This document shows, piece after piece, positions 1-10,005 of a stretch of DNA of 64,000 nt (the stretch's first letter is position 1; every line of letters starts with the position of its first letter). This DNA is from an uncultured Oscillibacter sp. (lineage in GTDB: Bacteria > Bacillota > Clostridia > Oscillospirales > Oscillospiraceae), in assembly GCF_910579365.1 (NCBI RefSeq), contig NZ_CAJTUX010000005.1:4800-68799 (forward strand), given 5' to 3'. The position numbers were made by a program, and so were the translations under genes. A model generated the notes under the pieces. The model was not told where the DNA came from, did not search any database, and saw only the letters and a list, made by a program, of their open reading frames with translations.

Positions 1-741
1 CACGCCCCTGCCCCGCAGGAAGCGCTTCAGCTCTTTGATGTCCACCAGTTTGGAGTGGAAAATGGAGGCGGCCAGGCCCGCGTCGATCCCCGGGTGCGTA
101 AAGAGCTCCGCGAAGTGCTCCGGATTCCCTGCGCCGCCGCTGGCGACAATGGGCACGCTGACCCGGGCCGCCAGTTCGTCCAGCATCTCCAGGTCAAAGC
201 CGCTTTTCACGCCGTCGGTGTCAATGGAATTCAGCACGATCTCCCCCGCGCCGTCTCTCACGCCCCGGACCGCCCAATCCATGGCGTCGATGCCGGTATC
301 CTCCCGGCCGCCCTTGGCGAAGAGACGGAACCGTCCCTCCACCCGCTTCACATCCATGCTCAATACCACACACTGGTCCCCGTAGCGCTTCGCCGCCGCC
401 GCGATGATGGAGGGGTCCGCGATGGCCCCAGAGTTGACGCTGACCTTGTCCGCACCGCACTTGAGCACCCGGTCAAAGTCCTCCAGCGTCCGGATGCCCC
501 CGCCCACGGTCAGGGGAATGAAAATCTCCGAAGCCACCTGCCGGAGGATATCCGTAAACAGCCCCCGGCCCTCGGCGGAGGCGGTGATGTCATAGAACAC
601 CAGCTCGTCGGCCCCGGAGGCGTTGTAAAACCGGGCCAGCTCCACCGGGTCCGCCATATCCCGGAGGCCCTCAAAATTCGTGCCCTTCACCACCCGGCCG
701 TTCCTGACGTCCAGGCAGGGGATGATCCGCTTGGCTAACAT
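1..741 (-). CDS. hisF: Imidazole glycerol phosphate synthase cyclase subunit (3' end runs off window)
   Basis: Not in ORF track; manual translation from ATG at 741 gives MLAKRIIPCLDVRNGRVVKGTNF; overlaps hisA stop. Confidence 0.95.
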   Translation of the reverse strand, partial: MLAKRIIPCLDVRNGRVVKGTNFEGLRDMADPVELARFYNASGADELVFYDITASAEGRGLFTDILRQVASEIFIPLTVGGGIRTLEDFDRVLKCGADKVSVNSGAIADPSIIAAAAKRYGDQCVVLSMDVKRVEGRFRLFAKGGREDTGIDAMDWAVRGVRDGAGEIVLNSIDTDGVKSGFDLEMLDELAARVSVPIVASGGAGNPEHFAELFTHPGIDAGLAASIFHSKLVDIKELKRFLRGRGV

Positions 742-1454
742 GCCCCCACCTCCTGCATGACGGCCCGCAGGTCCAGGCGTCCGGTGTACAGCGCCTTGCC
801 CAGAATCGCGGCCCGGACACCCATGCGCTCCAGCCGCCGCAGCTCCTCCAGCGAACTGACGCCGCCGGAGGCGGTCACCTCCAGCCCTTCAATCCGGACC
901 AGCTCCTCGTAGAGTTCCAGGTTCGTCCCCTGGCCCGCGCCGTCCCGGCTGATATCGGTATAGATGATGGTCTTCACCCCCGCGTCCCACAGACGGCGGC
1001 AGAAATCCACCCCCTTCTCCCGGGACAGCTCCTTCCAGCCGTTGACGGCTACGTAACCGTCTCGGGCGTCCACGCCCACGGCAATCCGGTCTTTGTATGT
1101 CTGGGCCATGCGAGCTGTAAAGTCAAAATCCTTTACTGCTATGGTACCCAGGATACAGCGGTCCACCCCCAGGTCCAGGTACTGGCGGATGCGCTCCTCG
1201 CTGCGGATGCCGCCGCCCACCTCCATATAAAGTCCGCCCTGCCCGGCAATAGCGGCGATGCTGTCAAAATTGGCCGGAGCGCCGTCCCGGGCGCCGTCCA
1301 GGTCCACTACATGGAGATACCGGGCTCCGGCGTCCATAAATTCCCTGGCGTAGGCACAGGGGTCCGTTCCGTAAACCGTCTCCTGGCCGTAGTCCCCCTG
1401 GTAAAGGCGAACCACTTGTCCGCCCCGCAGGTCAATGGCGGGAAAAATCTGCAT
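735..1454 (-). CDS. hisA: ProFAR isomerase
   Basis: MQIFPAIDLRGGQVVRLYQGDY, LHVVDLDGA, EVGGGIR, YTDISRDG motifs; his operon context. Confidence 0.96.
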   Translation of the reverse strand: MQIFPAIDLRGGQVVRLYQGDYGQETVYGTDPCAYAREFMDAGARYLHVVDLDGARDGAPANFDSIAAIAGQGGLYMEVGGGIRSEERIRQYLDLGVDRCILGTIAVKDFDFTARMAQTYKDRIAVGVDARDGYVAVNGWKELSREKGVDFCRRLWDAGVKTIIYTDISRDGAGQGTNLELYEELVRIEGLEVTASGGVSSLEELRRLERMGVRAAILGKALYTGRLDLRAVMQEVGAC

Positions 1455-1470
1455 GATATCCCTCCCCTTC

Positions 1471-1941
1471 TTATGGATGGATTTTACAGGTCAGTTCCTC
1501 CGCCTCCAGGCGGAAGACGCAGACAGCGTCCAGGGCCGCTTTGCCAATCTCCCACTGGTCCCTGTCGGCCACATGGGCCAAAATGGCGGAGAGGCCCGCC
1601 TGCTTATCCGCCGCCGTCTCCAGCAGCGTCACCGGGCCGCCGCCCATGACGCATTGGAAGCGGGAGGTATAGTCGCAGGCCTTGGGGCCCGACACCCATT
1701 CATGGCCGGTATCCATCTCAAACGCGGCCCAGCCCGCCCTGCGGATCAAGTCGATCTTTCGCCCCTCCTGCGCACTGTGGAAATAGAGGGTATACCGCCC
1801 CTCCCGCTCCACAAAGCCGAAGTCCATGGGAACGACATATGCCCGCTCCCCGTCGCACAGGCCCAGGCGGCAGCATTTACAATTCGTAATAATCTCCCGG
1901 ATTTTTACAGGGTCGGTGACCTCCCGGTCCTTCCTTCTCAT
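1471..1941 (-). CDS. Pyridoxamine 5'-phosphate oxidase-like / NimA-like flavin-binding protein
   Basis: MRRKDRE N-terminus, YVVPMDFG, LYFHSAQEGRK motifs; GGAGG RBS. Confidence 0.85.
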   Translation of the reverse strand: MRRKDREVTDPVKIREIITNCKCCRLGLCDGERAYVVPMDFGFVEREGRYTLYFHSAQEGRKIDLIRRAGWAAFEMDTGHEWVSGPKACDYTSRFQCVMGGGPVTLLETAADKQAGLSAILAHVADRDQWEIGKAALDAVCVFRLEAEELTCKIHP

Positions 1942-1956
1942 AGGCGTCCTCCTTCT

Positions 1957-2568
1957 TCACAGCTCTCCAAAAGCCCGCAGCAGCCGCAGCCCCGCGTCCC
2001 CGGACTTCTCCGGATGGAACTGCGTTCCCCAGACGTTCCCCCGGCGGACCACGCCGGTGACGGATACGTTTCCGTACTGGGACGCGCCCAGGGTGCTCCC
2101 GGCGCAGTTCCGAGCGTAAAAGCTGTGGACATAGTACACATATTCGCCGTCCTTAAAATACCGGAACAACGGGTCGTCCCGCAGAACCTCCAGGCTGTTC
2201 CAGCCCATGTGGGGAACCTTTTGCGCCTTGTCCGTCAGGTCCTCCGCCAGGGACGCCACCTCGCCGGGAACCAGCCCCAGGCCGGGGTGCTCGCCGTACT
2301 CAAAGCTCCGGTCAAACAGGAGCTGCATCCCCAGGCAGATGCCCAAAAGCGGCTTTCGCTCCGCCTCCTCCAGGAGAACGGGGACCAGCCCGGCGGCGTC
2401 CAGCTTGGCCCTGGCGTCGCCGAACGCCCCCACGCCGGGGAGGATGATGCGCTCCGCTGCCCGAAGCCTTGACGCCTGGCCGGTGACCTCCGCCTCCAGG
2501 CCCAGGGCGCGGAGGCTGGAGGTCAGGGAGAACAGGTTGCCCACGCCATAATCCACAATCGCAGTCAT
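1957..2568 (-). CDS. hisH: Imidazole glycerol phosphate synthase glutaminase subunit
   Basis: IVDYGVGN, PGVGAF, GICLGMQ, QFHPEKS. Confidence 0.96.
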   Translation of the reverse strand: MTAIVDYGVGNLFSLTSSLRALGLEAEVTGQASRLRAAERIILPGVGAFGDARAKLDAAGLVPVLLEEAERKPLLGICLGMQLLFDRSFEYGEHPGLGLVPGEVASLAEDLTDKAQKVPHMGWNSLEVLRDDPLFRYFKDGEYVYYVHSFYARNCAGSTLGASQYGNVSVTGVVRRGNVWGTQFHPEKSGDAGLRLLRAFGEL

Positions 2569-3156
2569 TTACAGCACACCTTTCGTGCTTGGAATGTCGT
2601 CCAGATGCTTCGGGTCAAAGGCCGCGGCCCCCTTCAGCGTCCGGCCCATGCCTTTAAAAACGGCCTCCAAAATGTGGTGGGTATTCTCCCCCGCCATCCG
2701 GCGGATGTGGATGGCGCCGGGGCAGTTCCGCACGAAGCCCAGCCAGAATTCCTGGGCAAGCTCCGTGTCAAAATCCCCCACCTTGGCGGCGGGCAGGTCC
2801 ACCGCCCAGCCCAGGTAATCCCGGCCCGACAGGTCGCAGGCGCAGAGGACCAGCGTCTCGTCCATGGGCAGCAGAAACTGGCCGTAGCGGACGATGCCCC
2901 GCTTATCCCCCAGGGCCTCCTGAAACGCCTTGCCCAGGCAGATGCCAATGTCCTCCACCGAGTGGTGGTAATCCACCTGCGTGTCGCCGCGGCAGGTCAC
3001 TGTAAGATCAAAGTCCCCGTGGCGGGCAAAGAGCTCCAGCATATGGTCCAGGAAGCCGCAGCCGGTGGCGATCTCCGCCCTGCCGGTTCCGTCCAGATTC
3101 AAAGCCAGCCGAATCTGCGTCTCCTTCGTGTCTCGTTCAATGCTTGCGGTGCGCAT
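2569..3156 (-). CDS. hisB: Imidazoleglycerol-phosphate dehydratase
   Basis: RDTKETQI, FLDHML, DYHHSVED, ENTHHILEAVFKG, PSTKG; start placed at ATG 3156 after GGAGGG RBS. Confidence 0.95.
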   Translation of the reverse strand: MRTASIERDTKETQIRLALNLDGTGRAEIATGCGFLDHMLELFARHGDFDLTVTCRGDTQVDYHHSVEDIGICLGKAFQEALGDKRGIVRYGQFLLPMDETLVLCACDLSGRDYLGWAVDLPAAKVGDFDTELAQEFWLGFVRNCPGAIHIRRMAGENTHHILEAVFKGMGRTLKGAAAFDPKHLDDIPSTKGVL

Positions 3157-3170
3157 GGCCGTTTCCCTCC

Positions 3171-4235
3171 TCATCCGTTGTCCAGCACCTGGTCAATCCG
3201 CTCCGCCAGCGCCTCCATCTGCTCCTTGGAACCGATGGTAATGCGGACGAAATCCCGGATGCGGTCCTTGTCAAACCAGCGGACCAGAACGCCCTGTTCC
3301 TTCAGTCTCCGGTAGAGCTCTCCGCCGGGGATGCGGTCCGATCTGGCAAAGAGAAAGTTGGCGGAGGAGGGCAGAACGGAAAATCCCCGGTCCTCCAGCG
3401 CCGCCGCCGTCCAGGCCCGGTTGTCCCGAATGGCCTGGCAGCAGGTCTGAAAATACGCCTCGTCCTCCATAGCGGCGGTTCCCGCCAGCAGGGAGAGACG
3501 GTTCACATTATAGGGATTGAAACTGTACTTCACCCGGTTCAGATCCGCGATGAGCTCCGGGTCCCCCAGCGCAAAGCCAATCCGTCCCCCGGCCAGGGAG
3601 CGGCTCTTGGACATGGTCTGCGTCACCAGAAGGTTCCCGTACTCCCGAACCAGGGGGACGCAGCTCTCCGCCCCGAAGTCCACATAAGCCTCGTCCACCA
3701 GGACCACCCGGTCCGGGTTTTTCTCCAGCAGCCGCCGGATGTCGGAGACGGGAATGGTCATGCCCGTAGGGGCGTTGGGGTTGGCAATAACCACCATGCC
3801 GGGAAAGTCCATGTAGTCCTCCGCCCGCAGGGCGAACCCCTCCCCCAGGGGAATCCGGCAGGCTCTCAGGCCGAAGAGGGCCGCCTGCGCCTCATAGAAG
3901 CCGTAAGTGATGTCGGCAAAGGCCACGTCCTTTCCTCTCCCGCAGAAGGCCCGGAAGGCAAAGGCGAGTATCTCGTCGGAGCCGTTGCCGCTGACGGCGT
4001 TCTCCGGGCCCAGGCCATACCGCCGGGCAATGGCGCCGTTCAATGCGGCGCAGGTGGGGTCGGAGTAGAGGCAGAGCTTTTCCACCTCTGCCCGGCTCAC
4101 CGCCTCCAGCACCTTGGGCGAGGGCGGGAAGGGGCTCTCGTTGGTATTCAGCTTGATATACTGCTGGTCCCGGGGCTGCTCGCCGGGGGTATAGGGGGCC
4201 AAGGCCATGGCCTCCGAAGATAAAAACCGGCTCAT
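3171..4235 (-). CDS. hisC: Histidinol-phosphate aminotransferase
   Basis: KLNTNESP, GNGSDE, NPNAPTG, VDEAY, TMSKSRSLAGGRIG (PLP lysine). Confidence 0.96.
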   Translation of the reverse strand: MSRFLSSEAMALAPYTPGEQPRDQQYIKLNTNESPFPPSPKVLEAVSRAEVEKLCLYSDPTCAALNGAIARRYGLGPENAVSGNGSDEILAFAFRAFCGRGKDVAFADITYGFYEAQAALFGLRACRIPLGEGFALRAEDYMDFPGMVVIANPNAPTGMTIPVSDIRRLLEKNPDRVVLVDEAYVDFGAESCVPLVREYGNLLVTQTMSKSRSLAGGRIGFALGDPELIADLNRVKYSFNPYNVNRLSLLAGTAAMEDEAYFQTCCQAIRDNRAWTAAALEDRGFSVLPSSANFLFARSDRIPGGELYRRLKEQGVLVRWFDKDRIRDFVRITIGSKEQMEALAERIDQVLDNG

Positions 4236-5530
4236 TCAAACACCGCTTTCGTTCCAAATTCTCTCCGGCTCAGCGCCGAACGGGCGTGGCCCTCCAGGCC
4301 CTCCCGACGGGCAAAGTCCGCGATCCGGTCCGCCCAGGCATTCAGCGCCGGACGGTCATAGCAGAGGAAGCTGGAGCGCTTCATGAAGTCATCCACGCCC
4401 AGGGGACTGGAGAACCGGGCCGTGCCGGAGGTGGGCAGGGTGTGATTCGGCCCGGCGACGTAATCCCCCAGAGCCTCTGGTGTAGAGCGGCCCAGGAAGA
4501 CGCTTCCGGCGTTCCGAATGCGGGGCAGCAGGGCGAAGGGGTCGTCCACGCAAAGCTCCAAATGCTCCGGGGCAATGCGGTTGACCGCCTCCACCGCCTT
4601 GTCCAGGCTGTCCGTGACGAGAATCTTCCCATTGTCCTCCAGGGACCGGCGGGCGATCTCCCGCCGGGGCAGCGTCTCCAGCTGGGCCTCCACCTCCGCC
4701 TGAACGGCCTCCGCCAATTCCCGGCTGTCCGTCACCAGCACGGCGGAGGACCGCACGTCATGCTCCGCCTGACTGAGGAGGTCCGCCGCCGCCCATTTCG
4801 GGTCGGACTTCCCGTCCGCCAGCACCAGGATTTCACTGGGGCCGGCGATCATGTCAATGGCCACCCGGCCAAAGACCTTCCGCTTGGCCGTGGCCACGAA
4901 CACGCCGCCGGGGCCCACGATCTTATCCACCCTGGGCACGCTCTCCGTGCCGTAGGCCAGGGCCGCCACGGCCTGGGCCCCGCCGATCTTGAACACCGCG
5001 TCCGCCCCGGCAATCCGCGCCGCCGCCAGGGCACCGGGGCTGATGCTTCCGTCCCGGGCAGGCGGCGTCACCAGGACGGTCTCCCCCACTCCGGCGATCT
5101 TGGCCGGAATGACGTTCATCAAAATAGTGGAGGGGAAGGCCTCCGGACTCCGGGGCACGCAGACGCCCACCTTTTCAATGGGCGTCCACCGCTGGCCCAT
5201 GACCACGCCGGGCCGGTCCGTCAGAACAAAATCGTTGTGCCGCTGGCGCTCGTGGAAGCGCCGGATGTTCTCCGCCGCCTCCCGCAAAGTATCCAGGAAA
5301 TATCCATCCACCGCCTCCAGGGCGGCGTCCAGCTCCGCCTCCGTCACCCGGAGACTGTCCAGCTCCGCGCCGTCAAAGCGGCGGGTGTACTCCCGGAGGG
5401 CGGCGTCGCCCCGCTCCCGGACCGCCGCGATCACGGCGTCCACCGCGGCGGAGACGTCCTCCTCCGCCTGAATGTCCCGGTTCAAAAGCGCCTCCGGCGG
5501 GAGACCGTCAAACTCCAGAATTTTCATCAT
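4232..5530 (-). CDS. hisD: Histidinol dehydrogenase (divergent NAD-binding motifs)
   Basis: GGAQAVAALAYGT, IDMIAGPSE, LSQAEHD, APEHLE, GDYVAGPNHTLPT, EGHA. Confidence 0.93.
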   Translation of the reverse strand: MMKILEFDGLPPEALLNRDIQAEEDVSAAVDAVIAAVRERGDAALREYTRRFDGAELDSLRVTEAELDAALEAVDGYFLDTLREAAENIRRFHERQRHNDFVLTDRPGVVMGQRWTPIEKVGVCVPRSPEAFPSTILMNVIPAKIAGVGETVLVTPPARDGSISPGALAAARIAGADAVFKIGGAQAVAALAYGTESVPRVDKIVGPGGVFVATAKRKVFGRVAIDMIAGPSEILVLADGKSDPKWAAADLLSQAEHDVRSSAVLVTDSRELAEAVQAEVEAQLETLPRREIARRSLEDNGKILVTDSLDKAVEAVNRIAPEHLELCVDDPFALLPRIRNAGSVFLGRSTPEALGDYVAGPNHTLPTSGTARFSSPLGVDDFMKRSSFLCYDRPALNAWADRIADFARREGLEGHARSALSRREFGTKAVFE

Positions 5531-7098
5531 GTCCCCGTCACCTCCGTCAGCTTTTGCAGCAGGGTCTCCACCTCCCGGCGCTTGAACTGGAAGCTGGCCC
5601 GGTTGGCAATGAAGCGGGCGGAGATGGGCATAAACTCCGTCAGCACCTTCAAATGGTTCTCCCGCAGGGTCGTGCCGGTCTCCACAATGTCCACAATTAC
5701 ATCGGAAAGGCCCAAAATCGGGGCCAGCTCGATGGACCCGTTCAGCTTGATGATGTCAATGTCCCGGCCCTGGGCCGCGTAATAGGCCTTGGCGATGTTC
5801 ACAAACTTCGTCGCCACCCGAAGGGACCGGCCCGGGTCGTCCCGGAAGTCCTCGGGTCCCGCCACGCACATGCGGCACCGGCCAAGACCCGTGTCCAGCA
5901 GCTCATAGACGTCGGCCCCGGACTCCTCCAGGATGTCCTTTCCCACGATGCCGATGTCCGCCGCGCCGTGCTCCACATAGATGGCCACGTCGCTGGGCTT
6001 CACCAGGAAATAGCGGATGCCGGCGGCGGGATTCTCCACCACCAGCTTCCGGCTCTCGCTGTAATCCTCGGGGCAGCCGTAGCCCACGCCCGCCAGGAGG
6101 TTGTACACCCGATCCCCCAGGCGGCCCTTGGGCAGGGCCACGTTCAGCATACGCTTTTCCCGCCCGTTCGATGCCTCGTCGCTCAGGCGGTCCAGCTCGT
6201 CCAGATACAGCGCGAAGCCCACGGCCCTGGCCCCGGGGCGGAACTGCTCCGCCAGGGGGTCGTACCGCCCGCCTTTGAGCACCGCTCGGGGAATGCCGGC
6301 AAGATACCCCTGGAGCACCAGACCGTTGTAATAGTCCATATCGTTCACCAGGGACAGATCCAGCCGCAGCTTCTGTCCCTCCGCCGCCAGCGCCCCGCAC
6401 AGCGTCCGCAGCTCCGTCAGAGCCGCTCCCATGGCGGCGTTGAGGGCGATGGGCTCCGCCTGGTCCAGTACGGTCTCCCAATCCCCCGCCAGGGAGTCCA
6501 AACGGCAGAGGGCTCCGGCGCCCTGATTGGAAAGTCCCGCCTCCTCCGCCGCCGCTTTCAGCTCATGGAGGTTCCGATTCCGGATGCAGCGGAGCAGCCG
6601 GGGGCGGACGGCCTCCGGCGCGCCCACGGCGTCCAGCAGGCCCGCCACGAAGCCCATGTGGCTTGCCTCCACCACAAACTCCCGCCCGGTCAGCGCCAGG
6701 CTCCGGCAGGCCAGGGACACCGCCCGGGCAGTAACTTCATCGTCCACCGCGCCGATGCACTCCAGCCCCATCTGGCTGATCTCCTGGAAGGTGTGGCTCT
6801 CCTGACTGGGGCGGTAGACGTTCTCGGAATAGTAAAACCGCCCGCAGCTCCCCTCCTCGACCTGGGCGTTCTTGGCAATGGAGAGCGTGACGTCCGGTTT
6901 CAGCGCCAGCAGCCGCCCGTCCAGGTCCGTGAAGGTGATGACCTGATCGCTGGCCAGAAACCGGCGGTTTTGCTGGTAGAGGCCGTACTCCTCAAAGCGG
7001 CCCATGCGGTACTGCCGGAAGCCCGCCTGCTCATACAGCAAGCGGAGCTGGAGAGACAGCCGCTCCTGGGGGCGCAAACAATTCAAATCCAATTCCAC
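5527..7098 (-). CDS. hisZ-hisG: ATP phosphoribosyltransferase, HisZ regulatory domain fused to short-form HisG catalytic domain
   Basis: One ORF: LALKPDVT, QMGLE, YYNG, GGRYD (HisZ), then MLNVALPKGRL, VATKF, GSIELAP, DIVETGTTLREN (HisG, from 6150); GTG 7098 after GGAGG. Confidence 0.92.
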   Translation of the reverse strand: MELDLNCLRPQERLSLQLRLLYEQAGFRQYRMGRFEEYGLYQQNRRFLASDQVITFTDLDGRLLALKPDVTLSIAKNAQVEEGSCGRFYYSENVYRPSQESHTFQEISQMGLECIGAVDDEVTARAVSLACRSLALTGREFVVEASHMGFVAGLLDAVGAPEAVRPRLLRCIRNRNLHELKAAAEEAGLSNQGAGALCRLDSLAGDWETVLDQAEPIALNAAMGAALTELRTLCGALAAEGQKLRLDLSLVNDMDYYNGLVLQGYLAGIPRAVLKGGRYDPLAEQFRPGARAVGFALYLDELDRLSDEASNGREKRMLNVALPKGRLGDRVYNLLAGVGYGCPEDYSESRKLVVENPAAGIRYFLVKPSDVAIYVEHGAADIGIVGKDILEESGADVYELLDTGLGRCRMCVAGPEDFRDDPGRSLRVATKFVNIAKAYYAAQGRDIDIIKLNGSIELAPILGLSDVIVDIVETGTTLRENHLKVLTEFMPISARFIANRASFQFKRREVETLLQKLTEVTGT

Positions 7099-7140
7099 GG
7101 GGATTCCTCCTTGTGGGGCAGGGCCCCATTGATGGATTTC

Positions 7141-7188
7141 AGTATACACCGATTTTTTAATAAGGTAAAGCGCTAATTCGCTAGTACG
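7141..7188 (-). promoter_or_regulatory. his operon sigma-A promoter with overlapping palindromic operator (HisR-like)
   Basis: Minus strand TTTACC-17bp-TATACT; TTTTTTA-N6-TAAAGCG dyad at 7153-7172. Confidence 0.55.
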
Positions 7189-7305
7189 GCAGAATCTCCG
7201 ATTTTCACAAAAATGCCCTCAGGCCGGACCCGATTTTATAGGACTTTGCGGAGACGCCCCATGTCCCCACTCCTGCCGGCGCTCTGGCAGGCGGAAAATT
7301 CCATG

Positions 7306-8670
<1,365 letters not shown>

Positions 8671-8827
8671 TTCTGCTCCCCTCTTTCGTTTTTTCATGTT
8701 GCTAGTATACCGGCGGAACGGTGCGAACGTAAGAGCCGCCGCCTCAATCGCAAAGCGCTCCTTTGATCTACTCATGTCCATAAACGGTTTCCGCCTTTAC
8801 GGCGTTTATTATAACCGCATGAACGCC

Positions 8828-8862
8828 CAAAAGCAAGCCCGCCGAAAAAACCTTCGGCGGGC
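8828..8862 (-). terminator. Intrinsic terminator after DHHW gene
   Basis: GCCCGCCGAA-6nt-TTCGGCGGGC stem followed by T-rich tail on minus strand. Confidence 0.7.
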
Positions 8863-8868
8863 GGTTCG

Positions 8869-9993
8869 TCACTGGGTCAGCAGGACCAGATTCCGGTCCG
8901 TGATGAAATTCGGCACGCTGTAGACCACCGCGATGGCGTCTATGCCGTTTTCCGCCGCGTACCCTGAGGCGGCGTATCGGTAATACCGTGGGTCCAGGAG
9001 GTGGACTTCTTCAAAGTGCTGGGCCAGGAAGGAGGCCAGGGAATCCGCATAAGAGTCCCGGATCACCAGCAGCTTCCCCGTTCCTTCCGGATTGCGGATG
9101 ACGCAAAGCGGCTGATTGCCCCCCAGGAAGGCGGAGTATTTGTCCTTCTCTCCCAGGTAATCGTACTCATACAAGCGCGCCTCCTTGGGCGTGCCATCCC
9201 GCCAGGAGGTGACCGTCAGACCGCTCTCCTTCACCCAGAATTCGATGCTGTCCGGCTCCAGCCAGTGAATGCCGGACTGGGAATAGAGGGTTCCCTGAAA
9301 CCCGTTGGAAACCGGGAGGTCCCACGCCTTCACCGCCTCCGGCTCCGGAACCTCCTCCCCACGGCCCAGGGCCTCCATCAGGGCGGCGTAGCCGTAATAG
9401 GCCCCCAGGGTGGTCCAATGGTGATCCGTGCGGTAGAAGATATCCTCCCCGGCGCGGCCGCTCAGGGCCGTGAGGAAATCAATGGACTCCGCGCCCTCCA
9501 GCTCCGCGGCCCGGGCGATGAAAGCCGCCTGGTCCCAGCTCTCCGCCCCCTTGGGCAGGCGGTCCCGCCAGATTTCCGCCGCAGAGGGAATCAGGCCCAG
9601 GTACACCGGGACCTCCGTCCGCTCCGCCAGGCGGGAGACATAGCTCAGATTCTTCTCCTCCAGACCGTCCCGGGGCGGCTCCACCTTGGCAATCAGGGTA
9701 TCGCCGCAGAGGTACACTCTGTTGAACTCCCGCTTGCCCAGAAGCTGCTCCGTTCGGGCCTTAAGGCCCGTCCACTGCTCCCGGAGGGGAAACTGGTCGG
9801 CAAAATAGTCCTCCACGCCCTTGGTAAAGCTGCCGTCCTTCAAATTCTCCCAGGAGAACTTCGGGAACTGGGCCAGGGTCCGGTTCTCCACGCCGGAGCG
9901 GTCCCGGTCCGGCAGAAGGACATGCCACGCCAGCAGTCCACCCAGGAAGAGGCAGAAGAAGGCCGCGAGAAAACGGCTGTATCTCGTTGTCAT
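8869..9993 (-). CDS. DHHW-family (AlgJ/AlgX-like) O-acyltransfer protein
   Basis: N-terminal TM, ENRTLAQFP, FYRTDHHWT, RDSYA; follows MBOAT gene. Confidence 0.88.
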   Translation of the reverse strand: MTTRYSRFLAAFFCLFLGGLLAWHVLLPDRDRSGVENRTLAQFPKFSWENLKDGSFTKGVEDYFADQFPLREQWTGLKARTEQLLGKREFNRVYLCGDTLIAKVEPPRDGLEEKNLSYVSRLAERTEVPVYLGLIPSAAEIWRDRLPKGAESWDQAAFIARAAELEGAESIDFLTALSGRAGEDIFYRTDHHWTTLGAYYGYAALMEALGRGEEVPEPEAVKAWDLPVSNGFQGTLYSQSGIHWLEPDSIEFWVKESGLTVTSWRDGTPKEARLYEYDYLGEKDKYSAFLGGNQPLCVIRNPEGTGKLLVIRDSYADSLASFLAQHFEEVHLLDPRYYRYAASGYAAENGIDAIAVVYSVPNFITDRNLVLLTQ

Positions 9994-10005
9994 TCCGCCT
10001 CCTCC

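Noticed and set aside
8695..8836. 19-codon Arg-rich ORF ([19 protein letters not shown]) after AAGGAG and a TTGCTT-17-TATAAT promoter upstream of fumC
   Set aside because: RBS spacing is only 4 nt with a TTG start, and a second -10 lies nearer fumC; insufficient support for a leader peptide.
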